Part shown: positions 37,586 to 47,110 of the stretch, piece by piece
Position numbering within the stretch: position 1 is the first letter of the stretch
How the letters are laid out: the number at the start of each line of letters is the position of its first letter
Notes under the pieces: model-generated
Databases searched by the model: none
What the model saw: the letters and a program-made list of their open reading frames with translations, nothing else
Told to the model about the DNA's origin: nothing
Assembly (NCBI GenBank): GCA_048939015.1
Contig: JBHLPW010000040.1
Coordinates: forward strand, 1-50,838
Direction of reading: 5' to 3'
Origin: Promethearchaeota archaeon
GTDB lineage: Archaea; Asgardarchaeota; Lokiarchaeia; Sigyniarchaeales; SOKP01
DNA: 50,838 nt
Program-made: the position numbers and the translations under genes

Positions 37586-39007
37586 TTAATCCTCCTTTAT
37601 TAAATGATTTGGATGCATTAGTATCGTACAAGTTACATGAGATCCGACACCCGCATGACTTATGGCTAATCCACGATTAGCTCCTTTAACCTGTAAGCTA
37701 GTCCAATCTTTTGGTTTTTCTCGCCCAAATTCTTTCCACTTCTCCTCAGGTTCATGGATCTCATTCCATCTGTTCCAAATATGATAGCCAATTTCCGCAA
37801 TTTGCATTAATCCTGTAGCTCCTACTGCATGCATACACCCTATTAAACCACCACAGGGATTGCTAGGTAATTTTCCAGGTTTCTTGGTAATCGGATTAAT
37901 TACATATGCATCTCCAGACTCAATATAATCTCTGCCTTCCCCATACGGTCGAATTCCAATATCCTCGTAGGTTTGAATATCACTTATCGTAAATGCATCA
38001 TGAAGTTCTACCACATCTAGATCTTCGCTGGGGTCTACAACTCCTGTCATATTATACGCATAATACGCAGCAATTCGAGCAGCTAAGAAGCTACTAAATC
38101 CGGGATATCTATCTCCTCCTGGAAACTTTTTGCCTAAATCATCATATTGACCTGGACTCTCATTTGGTAGAAGTGGGATCTTCATATCCCGACGATCAGC
38201 AACTCTGAGTGTATGGCTTCCTGCACCTATCCATATTCGAAGTGGGTTGTCTGTAATTTCATACGCTGTTTTTTCATCACATACTATTCCACATGCTGCA
38301 CCCACGCTCATTAAACAACAATCTAATGCGCGAAGTGGGTAAGCTATAACAGGAGAATTAATTACATCCTCTACAGTAATATCCATGGGACCATGAGCAT
38401 GAGGATTCATTCTTGCATAACCTCGATTTTTAACCGCAATTTCTGCCATTGTTTTTCTAAAAGAATCTTCTGCTTTCCCAAAAATTTGCCAATATCGCTG
38501 AGCCATTACTGCATAGTATCCTGTATAGATATGACCTAAAGGGGTCTCCCAATCTTTATCTGCAGCACAAGAAATTAGATGATTACCCTCATCAGTAGGT
38601 ACTTCATCCATTCTTTCCCAACCCAGGGCTAAAGCACAATCACTATAACCTGAAGCAACGGCTTTAATCGCTTCCCACATTGTTGATCCGCCTGTTGCAC
38701 CACCTGTCTTGACCCCAATGGTTCCTAAAGGATCAAGTCCGAGTCTATCGTGAATTACAGCTTCTCCAAGTAATTGATCACCAAAATGATCAGCAAAATG
38801 ACCATAATAAGCTGTATGAATAAAACTTTTTAATTCTGCGGGAGTCATATTAACAAAATCTGAAGCAGCTGTTAGAGCTTGAACACATAATTCTTCTGTT
38901 CTTGTTTCAGGAAAAGCGCGACCGAATTTTGACATTCCAACTGTAGCTAAATAGACTGGTCGCAGTAATTTAGGTATTTTTAACTGTTTATCGCTAAATT
39001 TTATCAT
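37586..39007 (-). CDS. SCP-x/thiolase-fold protein lacking the catalytic Cys, with insertions
   Basis: GVKTGGATGG, GWERM, VKNR..A..NP.A, LDCC, VELHDAF, NPCGGLIGCMHAVGATG. Confidence 0.85.
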   Translation of the reverse strand: MIKFSDKQLKIPKLLRPVYLATVGMSKFGRAFPETRTEELCVQALTAASDFVNMTPAELKSFIHTAYYGHFADHFGDQLLGEAVIHDRLGLDPLGTIGVKTGGATGGSTMWEAIKAVASGYSDCALALGWERMDEVPTDEGNHLISCAADKDWETPLGHIYTGYYAVMAQRYWQIFGKAEDSFRKTMAEIAVKNRGYARMNPHAHGPMDITVEDVINSPVIAYPLRALDCCLMSVGAACGIVCDEKTAYEITDNPLRIWIGAGSHTLRVADRRDMKIPLLPNESPGQYDDLGKKFPGGDRYPGFSSFLAARIAAYYAYNMTGVVDPSEDLDVVELHDAFTISDIQTYEDIGIRPYGEGRDYIESGDAYVINPITKKPGKLPSNPCGGLIGCMHAVGATGLMQIAEIGYHIWNRWNEIHEPEEKWKEFGREKPKDWTSLQVKGANRGLAISHAGVGSHVTCTILMHPNHLIKED

Positions 39008-39200
39008 TAAATCTTCACTTTTAGGTATTTTATGTCAATTTACTTTTTAAAAATTTTATTTTCAAATAGATTTGATATTTTATTGTTATGTTTTGTTTTG
39101 ATTAAAAGATTACTAATTAGACTTACTTACATTGATGGGAATAAAATCCAACTTCATGGAAAAGAAAATTTAAAATCATGTGAAAATTGTCTTATTTATT

Positions 39201-40490
39201 ATGGATACAAGACTCCCAGAATTTCCGAAACTAGAAATTAGTAGATACATTCCAGAATTGGATATATTGAATAACCCAATATTTAATGTTAAAGAAAAGA
39301 ATTTCCTAGCTGAATTTTATGAATATATGGAAGAATATCTGGAGAAAGATTTAAAAAACTTGGAAGAATTAAATTATAAGGCAGAAGAACCAATTCAAGA
39401 AAGGAAAAGTGAAATCGTCGTTAATTTTATGAAAAAATTAGCTGAAAAGGGGTATTATAGTACAGTTATTGATTTTGATAATCATGAAGTTGGGAATGTT
39501 ACTAGAAATGTTCTTATTGCTTTATCTTTATGTGGTGGTTTTTGGTCACCTAATAGTGATAGATATGTCAATGGGAATTGGAGTGTTGAAATGGGGCGTT
39601 TAGCGGGGGGAACACTATATTGTAACCCCGTAAATTATAAAGCTAATGATTATCAACGAAAAAAATACCTTATTCCTGTGATCAAAAATGGTTTGATGGC
39701 AGCATCTGGCATGACTGAGTTTAACGCAGGAAGTGATATTGTAAGAATTGAGTTAAAACTGGATGAGAAAGGAGATAAAGTTATTGCGAATGGGAAAAAA
39801 TTATTTATTACTAATGGCATGTTAGCTGAAAACCTTATTCTTTATGGAAGATTAAATAATGGAAGACTAGGCGGAATTATCGTAGATACTGAACATCAAA
39901 AATTAAAAAACTTTGAATCTTCTAGAGTAAGAACTTATGGAATGAACGATGCTTTTGTTAGTCGTTTAGTTTTTGATAATGTTGAAATTCCTAGAGAAAA
40001 TCTTCTCGATGGTGATGGATTAGATATAATGTTTCATCAATTAACTGAAGAACGTTTAGTGATAAGTGCTGAAGCAATAGGGGACTCTATTAAAAAATTA
40101 TTTTATTCTCATACATTTGCTCTTCAACGTGAGCAATTTAAACACAAATTACATCAATATCAAATTATTAGATTTCCAATTGCTAAAAATATTCGAGGAA
40201 TTAATTTATATCTATCAGCTTTGATGAATTATGCTCGCGAGATCGATAATCGTCAACAAGCATCAGGTTCTAAGATGATGGCAAATCAAGTAATGGGATT
40301 AAAAATTCAGACATGTGAATTAGCATTCCAAAGTTCTATAGATTTATTTAGAACCATGGGTGGAAGAGCATTTACAGAGCAATATTGCAATCAATTTGGA
40401 CTTCTTGATGCATACTGTATGGTTCATGGTGGTGGAAGCCATTATATACTTGGTGACGCAGAATCTAGAAGAGTTTTTAAACCTAAATAA
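39201..40490 (+). CDS. Acyl-CoA dehydrogenase family protein (divergent)
   Basis: GMTEFNAGSD, NGKKLFITNG, FDNVEIP.ENL, LTEERL, REQF...L.QYQ, MGG. ATG 39201 preferred over GTG 39180. Confidence 0.87.
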   Translation: MDTRLPEFPKLEISRYIPELDILNNPIFNVKEKNFLAEFYEYMEEYLEKDLKNLEELNYKAEEPIQERKSEIVVNFMKKLAEKGYYSTVIDFDNHEVGNVTRNVLIALSLCGGFWSPNSDRYVNGNWSVEMGRLAGGTLYCNPVNYKANDYQRKKYLIPVIKNGLMAASGMTEFNAGSDIVRIELKLDEKGDKVIANGKKLFITNGMLAENLILYGRLNNGRLGGIIVDTEHQKLKNFESSRVRTYGMNDAFVSRLVFDNVEIPRENLLDGDGLDIMFHQLTEERLVISAEAIGDSIKKLFYSHTFALQREQFKHKLHQYQIIRFPIAKNIRGINLYLSALMNYAREIDNRQQASGSKMMANQVMGLKIQTCELAFQSSIDLFRTMGGRAFTEQYCNQFGLLDAYCMVHGGGSHYILGDAESRRVFKPK

Positions 40491-40701
40491 AAAAAGTGAA
40501 ATTTAGAGAATTATAAGAATTTTATTCAATAAAATATAATATTATCTTTTTTGAAAGATAATTATAACCTACTTCAACTAAATAAGAAAGCTTGGAACAC
40601 TTACATCTTTAAAATAAAATAATAAGAAATCTTCTAATTGGTTTATTATAAATCTTAAGAGAATACGTTATTAAATAAAAATTCATAATTTAATATAGAT
40701 A

Positions 40702-41673
40702 ATGGATTACTACAAATTCGAAAGCTTTGATATCACACCATTAGTAGAACAATATCGCGGTAAACGACTAGAAGATTTATATCAAAATCATCGTATTGTA
40801 AAAAATGCTATGGGAGAATTCCTTGAATTCTTTTGGGAGGAAACAGATATACCGAATGAAATTAATTTATTTAAAACCCAGAAAAAATTGTTATATAACC
40901 TTAAAACGGTAAGTTCTATTGGAGAGTATATCGAAAAAAAATTAAATCAAAGAGGAATAAGAACTCTTATTGATTTAAAATATCACTTAAGTTTTAGTAG
41001 TTTAGCAAATCAGATGATAAAATTAATTAAGAATAAGGATTATAAAACACTGGCACAAAATAGATATATTAATGATTTAGATGTAAGTTTTTGCTTTAAA
41101 ATTGAAGATCTTTTGTTTTTGGATATTGAGACTTTAGGCATCATTGATAATCCCGTCATCCTAGTAGGGATTGGGTTCTTTAAAAATGATAAATTTGAAA
41201 TTCATCTTTTGTTCGCAAGAGAACTTGAAGAGGAAATAGCAATTTATGAATATCTAAAAACGCAAATACTTCCGAATTTCAAATGTTTAGTTACTTATAA
41301 TGGAAAAACATTTGATATACCATATTTAGCAAATCGATTTTTATACTTTTTTGATGAAAATCCTATGATTTCTGAAGATGATCCCCCATATGAAAAATGC
41401 AATACTAAATTACATCATATAGATTTATATCACAATTGTCGTCGAATATATAGAGGGCAATATGATAAATATACTTTGACCAATATGGAAGAAAAATTAC
41501 TATGTTGGACAAGAGACAATACTCTACCAAGTAATTTAGTAGGTCTATGTTATCGAAAATATAAAGAAAATTCTGAAAGGTATATTGGATTAATTAAGGA
41601 GATCATTGAGCATAATTATTATGATGTCTATTCTATGCCTTTAATCCTCAAAACTATTTTAGAAGACTTTTAA
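40702..41673 (+). CDS. YprB-like RNase H-fold (DEDD) exonuclease
   Basis: FLDIETLG, TYNGKTFDIP, HIDL, L..MEEKLL, HNYYDV. Confidence 0.85.
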   Translation: MDYYKFESFDITPLVEQYRGKRLEDLYQNHRIVKNAMGEFLEFFWEETDIPNEINLFKTQKKLLYNLKTVSSIGEYIEKKLNQRGIRTLIDLKYHLSFSSLANQMIKLIKNKDYKTLAQNRYINDLDVSFCFKIEDLLFLDIETLGIIDNPVILVGIGFFKNDKFEIHLLFARELEEEIAIYEYLKTQILPNFKCLVTYNGKTFDIPYLANRFLYFFDENPMISEDDPPYEKCNTKLHHIDLYHNCRRIYRGQYDKYTLTNMEEKLLCWTRDNTLPSNLVGLCYRKYKENSERYIGLIKEIIEHNYYDVYSMPLILKTILEDF

Positions 41674-41700
41674 AAATATGTAAAGACCTAAATTTTTAGA

Positions 41701-42084
41701 TTAACTTTTTAGAAACTTTTCAATAGTTTTGTAAATATCTTCTTCTTTAAAAGGTTTTTTTATGTAATCTTTAGCCCCTTTTTCAGTAGCTTCTAGGACC
41801 GACATCTCTTGACCCATTGCACTTATTACTACAATTTTAGCCTTTTTGTCATATTTCATTATTTCTTCAATTGCTTTAATACCATCAGTATTTGGCATTA
41901 CAAGATCCATCGTGACTAAATCAGGTTTTAATTCTTTGTAAAGAGTTATAGCATCATCCCCATTAGAAGCTTCACCTATAACTTCGCAAAATTCGATTTT
42001 TTCGATTGCTTTTTTAATCCTATTTCTTATAAATTGAGCATCATCTACCACAAGAATTCCTTTTTTGTTTTGAGACTTTGACAT
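41701..42084 (-). CDS. Single-domain CheY-like response regulator
   Basis: ILVVDD, PDLVTMDLVMP (phospho-Asp), ISA, GAKDYIKKPF. Confidence 0.92.
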   Translation of the reverse strand: MSKSQNKKGILVVDDAQFIRNRIKKAIEKIEFCEVIGEASNGDDAITLYKELKPDLVTMDLVMPNTDGIKAIEEIMKYDKKAKIVVISAMGQEMSVLEATEKGAKDYIKKPFKEEDIYKTIEKFLKS

Positions 42085-42277
42085 ATTAATATATCCTTCG
42101 TTTCATCAAAAATTAGCTTTACTGCTAATTAATAGGGTTGTTTATTATAAAGTTTTACATTTAGAAAAAATATGTAATACCCACACGAAAAATTGATTTA
42201 GATAATACAACTAATGTGTCAAAATTATCCTTTTTAAAAATTTTAAGGTAACATTAAATTAGGTTTAAAAATTCAGT

Positions 42278-43975
42278 ATGTTGATAACAATGAAAGATTT
42301 AGAAGATAAATTATTTGATCAATCATGGAATTATAAGAACAGAGATAAGTTATTAAAAAAACTACGAGAGACTATTTTTGATGTTGTAGTAATTGGAGCA
42401 GGCATTACAGGAGCAGGGGTCACAAGAGAAGCTTCAATGAGAGACTTAAAAGTGGCTTGTCTTGACATGCAAGATTTTGCAGCAGGGACATCATCAAGAA
42501 GTTCTAAACTTGGTCATGGGGGTATTAGATATATTGCCCATGGTGATTTAGACTTAGTAAAGGAAGCATTACAGGAACGAAATTGGATGAGAGCTCATAT
42601 ACCTCATCTTATACGACCAATCCCTTTCTTATTTGTTCAATTAGAAGGAGGTAAATATAAAAAACGTGATATAAAGGGGGTAACAAAAGTTTATGATTTT
42701 TTAAGTGATAATGATTCAGAGTACAAAAATTATAAGAAATCTCGGATGCTTTCACCAGAAGAGATATTTAAATTAGAGCCAGAATATATTAGAGAGGGTA
42801 ATTTAGGTGGAGCATTGTACTATGACACCAATCTAGATGATGCAAGATTAACATTAGAAATAATTAAGGAAGCTGTTATTCGAGGGGCCGTAGCCGTAAA
42901 TTACTGCAAAGTAAATGGATATATTAAAGACAATGGAATAATTATTGGCGTAAAATGTACTGATTTAGAAAATAATATTGATTTTGAAATAAAAACTAAG
43001 CTAGTAGTAAATGCTACAGGAATATGGACTGATCAACTAATAAAATTATATCCTAATGAAATACTCAAACCCCTAATTCGTCCAACAAAGGGGGTTCATC
43101 TTCAATATCGAAGGAAAAATATCAATAATCGAAATGCTACTATAGTATTTTCTAAAAAAGATGAGAGAGCATTCTTTGTTCTACCAAGAAATAAAGAGTT
43201 TACTATCATCGGTACAACTGATACAGACTTTAAAGGAGACTTAGCTCATCCTTATTGTAATAAAGAAGATGCAGATTACTTAATCGAATCAGCAAAATTC
43301 TATTTTCCAAACGCCCAGATAGGATATGAAAACATTTTATCAACTTATGCAGGAATTAGACCACTTGTAATGCAAAAAGGGAAATCAGAGAGCGAAATTT
43401 CACGAAAACATCTAATATTTTTTTCTGATGATGGATTAATTACGGTTACGGGGGGTAAATTGACTGAGTGGCGAGCAATGGCAGAAGATGTGTTTGAACA
43501 TATAATAAGTAAAAATTTATTTCAAAATTTAGCGAAAGAAAAGCATTTTAGTAAGCAACCTTTCATCATTGGACTTCAAAAAGAAGATTGGGCGAAGGCA
43601 TTAAAAAATACAGAAATTGATATTGAAGATGATATTACAGATCATTTATATCAACAATATGGAAAAGGGACAATAAAAATCTTGGAATTAATTAAAGAGG
43701 ATTCCTCACTAGCTAATAGAATTATCGAAGAAAATAATTTTATAAAAGCAGAAATAATTTACACTTTACGTTATGAATTAACACTTCATTTAATTGATGT
43801 ATTTTGTAGAAGAACTGAAATGTCTCTATGGATTCATCATAAAAAAGCTTTTGAAGCAGCAAATATAGTTGCGGAATTAATGGCTAAAGAATATTCTTGG
43901 GATGAAAATAGAAGAAATCAAGAAATTGAGTTTTATTTAGATTACATTAAAAAAACTGTATCATTTATAATCTAA
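42278..43975 (+). CDS. glpD: FAD-dependent glycerol-3-phosphate dehydrogenase/oxidase (GlpD/GlpA family)
   Basis: VIGAGITGAG, DFAAGTSSRSSKL.HGG.RY, DDARL, PTKGVH, GTTDT, AGIRPL, GGKLT. Confidence 0.88.
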   Translation: MLITMKDLEDKLFDQSWNYKNRDKLLKKLRETIFDVVVIGAGITGAGVTREASMRDLKVACLDMQDFAAGTSSRSSKLGHGGIRYIAHGDLDLVKEALQERNWMRAHIPHLIRPIPFLFVQLEGGKYKKRDIKGVTKVYDFLSDNDSEYKNYKKSRMLSPEEIFKLEPEYIREGNLGGALYYDTNLDDARLTLEIIKEAVIRGAVAVNYCKVNGYIKDNGIIIGVKCTDLENNIDFEIKTKLVVNATGIWTDQLIKLYPNEILKPLIRPTKGVHLQYRRKNINNRNATIVFSKKDERAFFVLPRNKEFTIIGTTDTDFKGDLAHPYCNKEDADYLIESAKFYFPNAQIGYENILSTYAGIRPLVMQKGKSESEISRKHLIFFSDDGLITVTGGKLTEWRAMAEDVFEHIISKNLFQNLAKEKHFSKQPFIIGLQKEDWAKALKNTEIDIEDDITDHLYQQYGKGTIKILELIKEDSSLANRIIEENNFIKAEIIYTLRYELTLHLIDVFCRRTEMSLWIHHKKAFEAANIVAELMAKEYSWDENRRNQEIEFYLDYIKKTVSFII

Positions 43976-44084
43976 TGCTTCCAAACTCTTATTTTGAATT
44001 ATTGGACTCCCTTTGAAATATATTTTTAAGTATGTATATACAATATAATAACAAATCTAAATTTACATTTAAGAGTGAAAATAA

Positions 44085-44756
44085 TTGATTTTTCAGTTTG
44101 ATTTTACCGAAAATTTTTTGAAACCATTAGGAAAACTCGGTGGTTGGATAATGCTACTTTTAGGAATTATTTGGCTCATTTTTGCAGCATATGAAACTAG
44201 TAGGAGGAAATCTTTCAAGAAGAGGAAGATCGAAGCTTGGGATTTTGATGTTACTAAGTTTTTAAAGGCATTAACATATATAGGCTTTATTGTCGGTCTA
44301 TTAGCTATAATATCTGGTTTTTCTGGTTTAATGTTTGACATTCCACCTAGTGTAGCTTATGCCACAACGACCGAGAATAGTCGAAATCTATTTACATCCA
44401 TTCTCTTGATAATATTTGGAATCCTAACATTTGTAAAGCCAGCAAACGATCTACCACTGGCAAGTATAATTGGAGTTTTAGCAGCCACTTTAGTAATAAT
44501 AATTATAGCTTTAGCAATCCCACAGCAACTCGTTGATGTAATCGCTGTATTTATTAATCCTAAAATTGTATTAGCGATTGTATTCTTAATAATATTTGCT
44601 ATAGTTGCACTAACAGCTAAGTTCTATGTAAAAGTGTTTATGACAATTTCAAAAGCGATCTCATGGCCACCATTAGCAGTTATCATTACAATCTTTTGTT
44701 TCCTTCAAGGATTTCTATTATTAGCAGTTGGCGTTAGTATTTCGGGTTATTTCTAA
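44085..44756 (+). CDS. Hypothetical integral membrane protein (~6 TM segments)
   Basis: 223 aa with about six long hydrophobic stretches; TTG start; T-tract follows. Confidence 0.75.
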   Translation: MIFQFDFTENFLKPLGKLGGWIMLLLGIIWLIFAAYETSRRKSFKKRKIEAWDFDVTKFLKALTYIGFIVGLLAIISGFSGLMFDIPPSVAYATTTENSRNLFTSILLIIFGILTFVKPANDLPLASIIGVLAATLVIIIIALAIPQQLVDVIAVFINPKIVLAIVFLIIFAIVALTAKFYVKVFMTISKAISWPPLAVIITIFCFLQGFLLLAVGVSISGYF

Positions 44757-44865
44757 TTTTTTATAATTTTTTTTATTCTTTATTTGAATTTAAAGAAACG
44801 ACATCTGATCTTTCATAAAATTTCAGAATAAAGCTTTTTATGTAAAATAAAATTTTATTAAAATT

Positions 44866-45366
44866 ATGAATACTCTAATCGTATATTTCACAATGGGTGG
44901 AAGGACGAAAAAGACTGCTGAAGCTATTGCTAGTGCTCTAACAAATTATGAAGTGGACTTCTTTCCAGTAGAATTATCCGGAAAATTTATAGAAAAAATC
45001 AAAATATTAGATAAGTTCCAGAATAAAGATTTTTCAGCCATAGAAAAAGAATTAAATATACTCGATGCTACAACTTATGATTTAATTATATTCGGTATGC
45101 CTACATATGGAGATTTTCCTCCAAAAGCTTTTGATGAGATTATATCGAGAATGGGAAATCTCAATGGAAAAAAAGCAATTGTATTCAATACAGCTCGTTT
45201 TACTGGTACAAAAGCACTAAAATATATGAAAGTAAAAGTTGAGGAAGCAGGTGCCGAAGTAATTGACCAATTCAAATTCAGAAAATTATTTTGGATTGGG
45301 ACTAAAAATGCCGTTAATTTTGGTAAGCAGATCAATGAAACTTATGAGAAAGTAGATACAAAATAA
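44866..45366 (+). CDS. Flavodoxin-family protein
   Basis: LIVYFTMGGRTKK.A..IA, YDLIIFGMPTY, GKKAIVFNT. Confidence 0.87.
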   Translation: MNTLIVYFTMGGRTKKTAEAIASALTNYEVDFFPVELSGKFIEKIKILDKFQNKDFSAIEKELNILDATTYDLIIFGMPTYGDFPPKAFDEIISRMGNLNGKKAIVFNTARFTGTKALKYMKVKVEEAGAEVIDQFKFRKLFWIGTKNAVNFGKQINETYEKVDTK

Positions 45367-45416
45367 TGGATGTTTCTACAAATAAATCTTTTTTGAAATT
45401 TTTATTGGAACAATAA

Positions 45417-46529
45417 TTAAAAAAAACTGAATCTGTGGGAAGGCTGTTTGTTAATGTCACCAATAATATCATTATCTAATTCATAAGAACATTTAGGGCA
45501 TTTATTATCATCAGTGATATTGATCTTTTTAAAGCTATATCCTCTTCTCTCCATTAATAGATGAGAACATTTTGGACAATAGGTATTGCTCCCCTCTTCA
45601 TGATTTATATTTCCTATGTATGGGAAATATAGTCCAGTTTCTTTTGCAATATTATATGCCAAGTCTAATGTTTCATAGGGAGTTCGCTTCATTGAGGGCA
45701 TTTTGAAATCAGGATGATATGCTGAGAAGTGAATTGGAGTATTTTTTCCAAGGTTATTCAATACCCACTCACACAATTCTTTAATATCCTCTTTACTATC
45801 ATTTAGATCGGGTATTATTAAATTGGTGATTTCTACATGAATCCCATTAGATTTAAAACGGGAGGCTGTATCCAAAACAGGCTGAACTGAGGTGACACCA
45901 CATATTTTTTTATAGAATTCATCTGACATTGCTTTTATATCTATATTTGCCGCATCAATACCTATATCAATTAACTCTTTTGTTGCTTCTGGTGTAGAAT
46001 ATCCATTTGTTACTAATATAGTTTTAATTTCATGCTTTTTTAAAAGAGGAACTGTATCTAAAATCCATTCATGCCATATTAATGGTTCATTATAAGTGTA
46101 AGCAAGAGTTTTTGCTCCACTCTTAACAACTCTTTTTTCTAATTGCTCAGGAGTAATTTCCACTAGTGACATTCCTCTACCTTCATATCCCTCAAGGTCA
46201 TAAAATCCATTTTTTCCATTATCTGTTGGATTTGCTTGGCTAATAGACCAGTTTTGGCAATTTTGACACTTAAAAGAACATCCAATTGATGCAATCGAAT
46301 ATGCTGTAGCACCTGGCCAGAAGTTATATAGTGGTTTCTTCTCAATAGGATCTAAACTACCAGATGATATCATTGAACCATAAATTAAGGTGAATAATTC
46401 TCCATCAAAATTTTTTCTTGTCCTACATATTCCCACCTTATTAGGCAAAATTGTACATACATTGGCACATACCTGGCATTTAACTTTCTTATCATCTAAT
46501 TTATCAAATAATCTTGCTTTGAATTTCAT
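45417..46529 (-). CDS. amrS: AmmeMemoRadiSam system radical SAM enzyme
   Basis: N-terminal CQVC..C...G.C, DPIEKKPLYNF.PG, GCSFKCQNCQNW, AYTYNEP, NIDIK, TYCPKC...CPKC. Confidence 0.9.
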   Translation of the reverse strand: MKFKARLFDKLDDKKVKCQVCANVCTILPNKVGICRTRKNFDGELFTLIYGSMISSGSLDPIEKKPLYNFWPGATAYSIASIGCSFKCQNCQNWSISQANPTDNGKNGFYDLEGYEGRGMSLVEITPEQLEKRVVKSGAKTLAYTYNEPLIWHEWILDTVPLLKKHEIKTILVTNGYSTPEATKELIDIGIDAANIDIKAMSDEFYKKICGVTSVQPVLDTASRFKSNGIHVEITNLIIPDLNDSKEDIKELCEWVLNNLGKNTPIHFSAYHPDFKMPSMKRTPYETLDLAYNIAKETGLYFPYIGNINHEEGSNTYCPKCSHLLMERRGYSFKKINITDDNKCPKCSYELDNDIIGDINKQPSHRFSFF

Positions 46530-46649
46530 ACAATTACCTTATTTAAATAAATAATTCCTTGTTATATCACAAGATATATAATAGACATGGAATTTTATAT
46601 TTCTTATACCTTAAAATTATAAAATCAGGAAAAAAAGGAGATATTCAAA

Positions 46650-47084
46650 ATGTCAGGAATTGAAAGAGCAATCACATCTTTTAGAGGAGATTTTAATTGT
46701 GCTCAATCGGTATTAAGTTCATTTGCCCCACAATACGGACTTGATAAAAACACGGCATTAAAATTGGCAACTGGATTTGGAGGTGGAATGGGGCGAATGC
46801 AAAATACATGCGGAGCTGTATCTGGAGCTTTTATGGTTATTGGTTTAAAATATGGAATGGGTATTGATGGTGATATAGAAGCAAGAGATAAGACATATGA
46901 ACTCGTAAGAGAATTTACTAAGCGATTTCAAGAAATTAATGGATCGATTAATTGTAAGGAATTGTTAGGTTGTGATATTAATACTCCTGAGGGAAAAGAG
47001 TACTATGACCAAAATGATTTTTTCGAAAAAAAATGCTCTGAATACGTAAAAAGTTCAGCTAAGATTTTAGAAGAATTATTATAA
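46650..47084 (+). CDS. C_GCAxxG_C_C family putative redox protein
   Basis: FNCAQSV, GFGGGMG...TCGAVSG, GSINCKEL, KCSEYV; GGAG site upstream. Confidence 0.88.
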   Translation: MSGIERAITSFRGDFNCAQSVLSSFAPQYGLDKNTALKLATGFGGGMGRMQNTCGAVSGAFMVIGLKYGMGIDGDIEARDKTYELVREFTKRFQEINGSINCKELLGCDINTPEGKEYYDQNDFFEKKCSEYVKSSAKILEELL

Positions 47085-47110
47085 ATAAACTGTTATTCGA
47101 TTTTATTTTT

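Noticed and set aside
39032-39241. 69-aa ORF in the divergent promoter region
   Set aside because: AT-rich, no motif, starts only 24 nt from the divergent thiolase start and overlaps the ACAD start; probably spurious.
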